DNA of 64,000 nucleotides from an uncultured Lachnospira sp. (GTDB lineage Bacteria; Bacillota; Clostridia; Lachnospirales; Lachnospiraceae): the NCBI GenBank assembly GCA_949002095.1, contig CARJMT010000007.1:6024-70023 (forward strand), in the 5' to 3' direction. Position numbers and translations under genes: made by a program. Below, one piece after another: positions 23,997 to 30,745 of the stretch. The notes under the pieces were generated by a model that had not been told where the DNA came from, made no database searches, and saw nothing but the letters and a program-made list of their open reading frames with translations. How positions within the stretch are numbered: position 1 is the stretch's first letter; every line of letters starts with the position of its first letter.

Positions 23997-25040
23997 ATGT
24001 TTTTAGATAGAGAACCTATTTTAAAAAGGCTTCAAGAGCACTGGAATTATGCTGTGCGGCAGGGTGTTGACCCTAACCGCATTGTAGGAGTGTTCTTATA
24101 TGGAAGCCAGAACTATGGGTTCGCAAATTGGGAGAGTGATGTTGACAGTAAGTTAATTGTTGTCCCCAGTTTTGAGGATATGTGCTTAAAGTCAGATTGG
24201 TTATCTAAAGAGTTGCATCTTGAAGATGAACATATTGAAGTTAAGGACATTAGAGAATTACGAAATATGTTCTTAAAGCAGAATATCAATTTCATTGAAA
24301 TTTTGTACACGGACTATTTCATTCTCAATCCAAAATATGCGGAGCTATGGAAAACTTACTTTGTTGACAATAGAGAAGCAATCTCTCATTGCGACAGATA
24401 TAAGGCTTTAAAATCTATCAGTGGTCAGTTGATTCATACTTTGAAGCAGGGACCAAGTGATAATAAGAAACTTCATAATGCACATAGACTTTATTATTTC
24501 CTTGAGAATTATTTGAATAACAAGGTTTATTTAGAGTGCATTCATCCTGCGGGAGAATCTTATGAGTTTCTTAGAGATTTGAAGTTCGGATTAAATAAGT
24601 TAAGCCAAAGCGAAGAGGCTAAGCTTGCAAATGCGGCTGAGCTTGAGCAGAAGGTTAAAGACCTGACTTCTATGTATCCTGAGTTGGAGTCTCCGCTCAG
24701 AGAAAAAGCAATGACTGCGCTGAATAATGGAGTTATGGAAATCATTAAACTCTCTCTACAAGACCCTGAGTCTGAAATATCGAAAGAGCAGTTTTTCAAA
24801 CAGCTCACTAATGCAGAACAAAGGGCTTACTACTCTATTGTTAAGGAAGTTGGTGCGGAAGGTAATATTACCATATCCAAGCTTGTAGAAAAGAACTCCA
24901 TTTCCCGCCCAGTTTACAACAATCTTATTGTGAAAATGAAGGAGTGTGGAGTTGCAGCCATTGTCAGCCAAGGGATGAAAGGAACTAACATCAAAATTCT
25001 TCAACCTGAGTTAAAAGCAGAAGCCATTGATTTTATATAA
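23997..25040 (+). CDS. Pol-beta-superfamily nucleotidyltransferase-fold protein
   Basis: GVFLYGSQNYGFANWESDVDSKLIVV = G[GS]-x10-DxD NTase motif; 347 aa. Confidence 0.5.
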   Translation: MFLDREPILKRLQEHWNYAVRQGVDPNRIVGVFLYGSQNYGFANWESDVDSKLIVVPSFEDMCLKSDWLSKELHLEDEHIEVKDIRELRNMFLKQNINFIEILYTDYFILNPKYAELWKTYFVDNREAISHCDRYKALKSISGQLIHTLKQGPSDNKKLHNAHRLYYFLENYLNNKVYLECIHPAGESYEFLRDLKFGLNKLSQSEEAKLANAAELEQKVKDLTSMYPELESPLREKAMTALNNGVMEIIKLSLQDPESEISKEQFFKQLTNAEQRAYYSIVKEVGAEGNITISKLVEKNSISRPVYNNLIVKMKECGVAAIVSQGMKGTNIKILQPELKAEAIDFI

Positions 25041-25113
25041 AAATTATTATATAATATTTATATGAAAAACAAAAGAAAACAAAAATAAAAAATAAGAAAG
25101 AGAGGAACATCAA

Positions 25114-25392
25114 ATGTTCAACATTTTAAAGAACGGGGATATGCTCGGTCGTAAGCGTTTTGTACTGGGTCGTCTGACGAAGAAGAGTATCGCTTCTATC
25201 GGTAGTATTCAGGCGGCAACCAATAAGCTGGTGACTATCAATGATAGCATCGACCGCACAACCCATGAAATTGAGGAGATTGAAGCAAGCTTCTCACTGA
25301 TTAAGGGCGAACTTGACCAGCGTAAGGCAAACAACGCGGCTATCATCGCTCAGATTAAGTCGATGGGAGAAAGTAATGAGAAAACAGAATAG
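25114..25392 (+). CDS. hypothetical coiled-coil protein
   Basis: AAGAGAGGAAC RBS, 92 aa. Confidence 0.55.
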   Translation: MFNILKNGDMLGRKRFVLGRLTKKSIASIGSIQAATNKLVTINDSIDRTTHEIEEIEASFSLIKGELDQRKANNAAIIAQIKSMGESNEKTE

Positions 25393-25618
25393 TTATAAGT
25401 TCGTTTGGCATAAGAACGAGAAGTACGGCAGTCCAATCACTCGTGAAACTTGGGTGTTTACTGCCGGCGGACGCCAAGCCGCAGTCAACATTTTTATGCA
25501 GGCTTGCGGTAATTTAAGAAAGAATACCATTGAGCGGGCTGAAGAATATACCAGACAAGGTATGGAGCTCTTCACTCCCGAGGTAGTTAAGCAGAACGGT
25601 CGCTATGTAGCGGTCTAA
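25376..25618 (+). CDS. hypothetical protein
   Basis: GGGAGAAAG RBS before ATG 25376, overlaps upstream stop; ORF track start 25313 is internal to upstream gene. Confidence 0.5.
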   Translation: MRKQNSYKFVWHKNEKYGSPITRETWVFTAGGRQAAVNIFMQACGNLRKNTIERAEEYTRQGMELFTPEVVKQNGRYVAV

Positions 25619-25680
25619 GAAAGCAATTTGCACTTTGACAACTAAATAAAAATTTTAAAATAAAGGAGATAAAAGGATTT

Positions 25681-27231
25681 ATGGCAGAAACAATTATGGC
25701 AGCGGTTGCCCCGATTTTGTCTATTCTCATTATTGCGGCAATCCTAATCTTCGCGGTAGTCTTTGTTGGTAAGGTTATGTACAAGAAAGCTCCGCCCAAC
25801 GTAGCTATGGTAATCACAGGTCCCCGTGGAAATCGCGTTGCTATCGGTAAGGGTTGTTTTGTAATCCCAATCATCCAGCGAGTCGACTATATGTCTCTTG
25901 AGAATATCCAGTCTGACTTCACATCAAGAGATGAGATTCCGACCAGTGACGCTATCAACATTTTGGTGGATGCTGTTGCCAACGTGTCCATTTCTCAGGA
26001 CCCTGAGCGTTTGAAGATTGCGGCTTCCAAGTTCCTTGGATATAAGCCGAGTCAGATTCGTGAGATTATCACTCCTGTATTCGAGGGTAACATTCGTGAG
26101 ATTATTTCTCAGACGACCTTGAAGGAGTTAATCCAGGGCGATAAGAAAGTATTCGCTGAACGTATCATCGAGAATGTTACTCCTAACCTGCACGACATGG
26201 GTCTTGATTTGACTACATTCAACATCCAGAATTTCAAGGATAAGAATGGAGTTATTGATAACCTTGGTTTGGAGAACACGGTTCAGATTTCAAAGGATGC
26301 GGCTATCTCTAAGGCAAGAGCTGAGAAGGAAATCGCAGTTGCTAAGGCTGAAGCTGCTAAGGCTGCAAATGATGCTAAGGTCGCTGCTGATACCGAGATT
26401 GCTAAGAAGAACAACGAGCTGGAGATTCAGCGTGCTGAGTTGAAGAAGGCTGCCGATGTTAAGAAAGCTGAAGCGGATGCTGCGTACCAGATTCAGCAGG
26501 AAGAACAACGTAAGACCATCGAGATTACGACCGCTAACGCAAACCTTGCTCGTCAAGAGAAAGAAATTGAGTTGAAGGAGCGCGAAGTTTCCATTAAGGA
26601 ACGTACTCTGGAAGCTACCGTTAAGAAAGAGGCGGAAGCTCGTAAGTATGCGGCTCAGCAGGCTGCTGACGCAAATCTTTACGAAACTCAGAAGCGTTCT
26701 GAGGCTGAATTGTTCGAGAGAGCAAAGAAAGCTGAGGCTGAACAGGTCGAGGCAGAGAGACGTGCGGAAGCTCTGAAAGCAGAGGCGGAAGCTCGTAAGG
26801 TTGCCGCAGAGAACGAGGCTGCTGGTATTAGAGCCAAGGGTGAAGCGGAAGCTGCCGCAGTTCAGGCTAAGGCACTTGCTGAAGCTGAAGGTATCTTGAA
26901 GAAGGCTGAAGCTATGAAGCAGTACGGCGAAGCCGCTCAGATGGATATGCAGTTGAAAGCTATCACTACATTGTTCGAGCAGATGCCTGCTATCGCAGAG
27001 GCTGCTGGTAAGGCATACACCAACGTCGACAAGATTTATATGTATGGCGGAGAAAGCTCTAAGTTGCAGGAGGATATTATCAAGAATATCACTCAGATTT
27101 CTGAAGGCTTAACTCAGTCCATGGGTATTGACTTGAAAGGCTTGCTGTCTGGCGTGCTGGGCGCTAAGTTAGTTGGTGGCGGTTCTAAAACCATCGTTAA
27201 TGTCGAGCCTGCTGACGAAGTAGTAGAGTAA
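25681..27231 (+). CDS. flotillin-like SPFH/band-7 protein (FloT/YqiK type)
   Basis: N-terminal TM, PPNVAMVITGPRGNRVAIGKGCFVIPIIQRVDYMSL SPFH core, then long Ala/Glu/Lys-rich flotillin repeats; 516 aa. Confidence 0.75.
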   Translation: MAETIMAAVAPILSILIIAAILIFAVVFVGKVMYKKAPPNVAMVITGPRGNRVAIGKGCFVIPIIQRVDYMSLENIQSDFTSRDEIPTSDAINILVDAVANVSISQDPERLKIAASKFLGYKPSQIREIITPVFEGNIREIISQTTLKELIQGDKKVFAERIIENVTPNLHDMGLDLTTFNIQNFKDKNGVIDNLGLENTVQISKDAAISKARAEKEIAVAKAEAAKAANDAKVAADTEIAKKNNELEIQRAELKKAADVKKAEADAAYQIQQEEQRKTIEITTANANLARQEKEIELKEREVSIKERTLEATVKKEAEARKYAAQQAADANLYETQKRSEAELFERAKKAEAEQVEAERRAEALKAEAEARKVAAENEAAGIRAKGEAEAAAVQAKALAEAEGILKKAEAMKQYGEAAQMDMQLKAITTLFEQMPAIAEAAGKAYTNVDKIYMYGGESSKLQEDIIKNITQISEGLTQSMGIDLKGLLSGVLGAKLVGGGSKTIVNVEPADEVVE

Positions 27232-27237
27232 GATAAA

Positions 27238-27270
27238 AAGGGTGAGCATTTTGCTCGCCCTTTATTTTTA
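27238..27270 (+). terminator. rho-independent terminator
   Basis: AAGGGTGAGCA..GCTCGCCCTT hairpin then TATTTTTATT. Confidence 0.7.
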
Positions 27271-27332
27271 TTAAAATTTTTGTTATAATATATATGTAAT
27301 CAATAAGAAAACAAATGAAAAGAGAGGTAACG

Positions 27333-27542
27333 ATGGCTAGTCAAAGAAAGAAAGATAGGATACTGGAAGAGGTGTATGGTGATGATTATGACTTCTTTGC
27401 CTGGGATGAAAACATAAAAGGTGAAGAGTACTGGGATGAGCCGCAGTTTGACGAGTATAACGATGATGAAGAGGAGGATGAATATGAAAATCAAAAACCT
27501 GGACAGAATCAAATATACCCTTGCTCACAGAAAGGCTTTTAG
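27333..27542 (+). CDS. small acidic protein
   Basis: AGAGAGG RBS before ATG 27333; D/E-rich. Confidence 0.5.
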   Translation: MASQRKKDRILEEVYGDDYDFFAWDENIKGEEYWDEPQFDEYNDDEEEDEYENQKPGQNQIYPCSQKGF

Positions 27543-27843
27543 AAAAGTAGAAAAAGAACTGTTAGGCTACAATACTTTCAGAAGTCTTTTTCACGACCTT
27601 GACAAAGTATTCTTATATCCATTATTTGAATACAAAACGGTTCACAATTTCCATAGAAACCATACAAAACATCATAATATTAAAGCAAGCACTCATGCTG
27701 ATTTTGTTCAAATGGTAATAGATTGGGAATGTGCTAGATACACCAAACCCGACAAACCATTGAACGCTAGAGACACTTTATATGCTTTCTATCCAGAATT
27801 AGAAAATAAAGTGCTCCCTATCTTGGTAGAATTAGGCTTATAA
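27484..27843 (+). CDS. hypothetical His-rich protein
   Basis: GAGGAGGATGAAT RBS before ATG 27484; overlaps 27333 gene in another frame. Confidence 0.45.
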   Translation: MKIKNLDRIKYTLAHRKAFRKVEKELLGYNTFRSLFHDLDKVFLYPLFEYKTVHNFHRNHTKHHNIKASTHADFVQMVIDWECARYTKPDKPLNARDTLYAFYPELENKVLPILVELGL

Positions 27844-27856
27844 GGAGGAGATAAAA

Positions 27857-28054
27857 ATGCCAGATAAAATTTTTTCAGTAGTAAGTAAGTATCAATATGA
27901 GATGGATAATGAGATAAAGAAAGTGAATGCTTTCTTGAAAGATAACCCGAATTATGAGGTTAAGTCTGTTACCCCAATTATGAAGGTTGAAGATAAATCT
28001 TATGGTGCATTTAGCGGCGCTATCATTGTAGTAGGAGAGAGAAAAGGAGAATAA
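27857..28054 (+). CDS. hypothetical protein
   Basis: AAGGAGGAG RBS, 65 aa. Confidence 0.5.
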   Translation: MPDKIFSVVSKYQYEMDNEIKKVNAFLKDNPNYEVKSVTPIMKVEDKSYGAFSGAIIVVGERKGE

Positions 28055-28056
28055 AT

Positions 28057-28224
28057 ATGAGAAAAGTAAGATATTTCATCACAGAGGAAGCCGAAACAAT
28101 TACAGGTACATTTGAAGTCTCCAATACAGCAACAGAAGATGAAATCGGGGATATGGTAACCGCGGAAGTTGCTGTAAAAGTGCATGGGAACAAGTGGTCT
28201 GCGGAATGGGAGTTCGTTGACTAA
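28057..28224 (+). CDS. hypothetical small protein (55 aa)
   Basis: AAAAGGAGAA RBS 6 nt before ATG 28057. Confidence 0.45.
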   Translation: MRKVRYFITEEAETITGTFEVSNTATEDEIGDMVTAEVAVKVHGNKWSAEWEFVD

Positions 28225-28241
28225 AGGCGACCGATGATAAA

Positions 28242-28276
28242 GGTTGCTAGATAAAAATAGCAACCTTTATTTTTTA
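28242..28276 (+). terminator. rho-independent terminator
   Basis: GGTTGCTA..TAGCAACC hairpin then TTTATTTTTT. Confidence 0.65.
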
Positions 28277-28334
28277 AAAAAATTTTGTTATAATATTTAT
28301 ATAAGAAATGAAGAAAAGAAAGAGAGTGATATTG

Positions 28335-29153
28335 ATGAAGTTTATCCATGAGCATTTTAAGAATATTAACCATCTCCTATCTGCTCTTCAGTCACGTCCT
28401 AACTGTGAAGCGATGCGGGGAGAGCGGTCTTCTCAAAAGACTGGAGATGCGAGTTGGAACGGAACTAATAACTGGGATGAAGCAATTTCATTGTTCAGAA
28501 ATGGATACACAGAGATTCTTCCCGAAGTGAGGAAGGGAATGCAGAAAAACGCTAAGGTCTACCATAAGTATGCAGCATTGCCGAAAGCCTTACCGAAGAA
28601 CAAACCTGTTGGCTACATTCCAAATGTTCCAAACTCCATAATGAATCTTCCAGACTCAATGATTTATGTAGAGCGGACGCCGCAGAAGAGAAAGACTTTA
28701 TCTCTGATTTACAATATTGGTGGGAGTGCTTTTGAAAATAAGGAGTTCTTCATCAAGGCTGGAATTGCGGTGTGTACTGCATTGAACATTGTTGAGTCAA
28801 AAGGGATTCAGACCAGACTTTCAGTTGGTTTTATGCCGACAGAAGCAGACAGTGAATGTATCTGTCCGACTTTGACAATTAAAGATTTTGGACAGAAGTT
28901 TGATTTGCAGAAGATTTGTTTTCCTCTTGCTCATCCTTCGATGTTCAGAAGAATTGGTTTTAAGTATCTTGAGACTTGCCCAGAAGTAACAGACAGAAGT
29001 TTCAGCTTTGGATATGGACACCCTCTGACGAATATAGATTATATGAAAGAGGAACTTCACGTCAATGATACTGACACTTTTCTCTTGAACTGCCATTGGG
29101 TAAGAGATAATGACTATGACGTGGTAAAGATTTTAGAATATTTCAAAATGTAA
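28335..29153 (+). CDS. hypothetical protein
   Basis: AAGAGAG RBS before ATG 28335 (ORF track start 28308 lies in promoter leader); 272 aa. Confidence 0.55.
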   Translation: MKFIHEHFKNINHLLSALQSRPNCEAMRGERSSQKTGDASWNGTNNWDEAISLFRNGYTEILPEVRKGMQKNAKVYHKYAALPKALPKNKPVGYIPNVPNSIMNLPDSMIYVERTPQKRKTLSLIYNIGGSAFENKEFFIKAGIAVCTALNIVESKGIQTRLSVGFMPTEADSECICPTLTIKDFGQKFDLQKICFPLAHPSMFRRIGFKYLETCPEVTDRSFSFGYGHPLTNIDYMKEELHVNDTDTFLLNCHWVRDNDYDVVKILEYFKM

Positions 29154-29166
29154 AGGAGAGGTTAAT

Positions 29167-30306
29167 ATGTCACATCCAGTAAAATGTTTCTATTGTGGAG
29201 AAAGATTCGACAGAGACTGGGAGCCGTTTGTAAAGGTCAACTCCCAGAGATATGCACACAAGCATTGTGCAGAAGCACACGCAAAAAAGACAGGTGTAAA
29301 AATTGAGCCAAAGGAGAGGGTTGAGGAAATGAGTAGAACAGTAGAGCCGGCAAATCAGAATATGACTAAGATGGTTACAGAAATGCAGAACTTCATGATG
29401 CAGACCATCGCTCAGGCAAGTTCATCTCAGATTTTTGAGACTGTTATGCCGCAGATTGATGCAAGAATTAAGGAAGTCTACGGTTTCCTGCCTGAGATTC
29501 ATGAGGTTAAGACACCAAAAGCAACAAAGACAATCACCGGCGTACTTCATGAGAAGTTTGACGAGGTTCTCCAGATTGTAAACCTGGATATCCCTGTATA
29601 TTTAACGGGGAAAGCAGGCACAGGAAAGAACGTAATCTGCAAGCAAATCGCAGAAGCTCTGGGATTGGACTTCTACTTCACCAACGCGGTTACGCAGGAG
29701 TATAAGTTGACTGGTTTCATCGACGCGAATGGTCGGTATCAGGAAACTCAGTTCTATAAAGCTTTCACTCAGGGCGGAGTTTTCTTCCTTGACGAGATGG
29801 ACGCATCTGTACCTGAAACGTTGATTATCTTGAATGCGGCTATCGCTAACAGATACTTTGACTTCCCGATTGGTAAAGTTGATGCTCATCCTGACTTCAG
29901 AGTGATTGCGGCAGGTAACACGCTTGGTACAGGCGCGGACAATAACTACACTGGACGGTATTGCTTGGATAGAGCAAGTCTTGACCGTTTCGCTATGGTG
30001 AATATTGATTATTCCCAGAAGATTGAAATGGCTATGGCGGATGATAACGCTGAGCTGGTGAAGTTCTGCCATGCTTTCAGAAAGGTAACTGAGAAGGCTG
30101 GTATTGAGTGCCTGTTCTCCTACAGAACTATCAACAGAATCGCAAAGCTGGAGAGCGTGTTCGATAATCTTTCCAAAGTTATTCAGATTTCTCTCTTGAA
30201 GGGACTGGATATCGACGATGTGAATGTTTTGTCTAGCGAGCTTGACAAGATGAGCGATATGCGGAGCAACAAGTACGTTAAGGCTCTTAAGACCTCTGGC
30301 TTTTAA
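29167..30306 (+). CDS. AAA_5 (MoxR/CbbQ-like) ATPase with N-terminal Cys/His-rich segment
   Basis: Walker A LTGKAGTGKN, Walker B FFLDEMD, sensor region AAGNTLGTG; N-terminus CFYCGERF...HKHC. Confidence 0.75.
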   Translation: MSHPVKCFYCGERFDRDWEPFVKVNSQRYAHKHCAEAHAKKTGVKIEPKERVEEMSRTVEPANQNMTKMVTEMQNFMMQTIAQASSSQIFETVMPQIDARIKEVYGFLPEIHEVKTPKATKTITGVLHEKFDEVLQIVNLDIPVYLTGKAGTGKNVICKQIAEALGLDFYFTNAVTQEYKLTGFIDANGRYQETQFYKAFTQGGVFFLDEMDASVPETLIILNAAIANRYFDFPIGKVDAHPDFRVIAAGNTLGTGADNNYTGRYCLDRASLDRFAMVNIDYSQKIEMAMADDNAELVKFCHAFRKVTEKAGIECLFSYRTINRIAKLESVFDNLSKVIQISLLKGLDIDDVNVLSSELDKMSDMRSNKYVKALKTSGF

Positions 30307-30313
30307 GATATAT

Positions 30314-30346
30314 GAGTGCGTTCCACTTGCATGGAACGCACTTTTT
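30314..30346 (+). terminator. rho-independent terminator
   Basis: AGTGCGTTCCA..TGGAACGCACT hairpin then TTTTTG. Confidence 0.7.
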
Positions 30347-30350
30347 GTTG

Positions 30351-30420
30351 CCTGAGCGGTCGGGCAGCAATGGGTCGAGTTTCAAAATCAAAAAGTGCTT
30401 TTGGAAATTTTTCAGTTGAT
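30351..30420. repeat. about 70 nt intergenic repeat, copy 2 of 3
   Basis: CTGAGCGGTCGGGC...AAAAAGTGCTTTTGGAAATTTTTCAGTTGATTTTT. Confidence 0.6.
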
Positions 30421-30444
30421 TTTTAAATAAAAATATATTATAAT
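30416..30444 (+). promoter_or_regulatory. conserved phage promoter
   Basis: TTGATT 30416-30421, TATAAT 30439-30444. Confidence 0.65.
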
Positions 30445-30467
30445 ATTTATATGAAAAGAAAAGAGAG

Positions 30468-30650
30468 GTGTTTTTAATGAAGAAGATTAAATGTAGTGTT
30501 CACTATCCATGGGCGGGCGTTCAAGACGATGAATATATCGTTGAGGTAGACGATAACGCAACTGAAGAAGAGATTGAGGAAGCCGCCAATGAAGTTATCA
30601 ATGACCTGGTTTGGAATAGGATTTCTGCAGGCTGGGAGGAAATTGAATAG
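30468..30650 (+). CDS. small acidic protein
   Basis: AAGAGAGGTG RBS, 60 aa. Confidence 0.5.
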   Translation: MFLMKKIKCSVHYPWAGVQDDEYIVEVDDNATEEEIEEAANEVINDLVWNRISAGWEEIE

Positions 30651-30665
30651 GATAAAAAATCTTTA

Positions 30666-30694
30666 TTGATTTTTAATAAAATTTTTGATATAAT
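30666..30694 (+). promoter_or_regulatory. conserved phage promoter
   Basis: TTGATT 30666-30671, TATAAT 30689-30694. Confidence 0.7.
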
Positions 30695-30745
30695 ATTTAT
30701 ATGAAATGAAGAAATAATAAAAAATAAATTTAAAGGAGATTTTGA

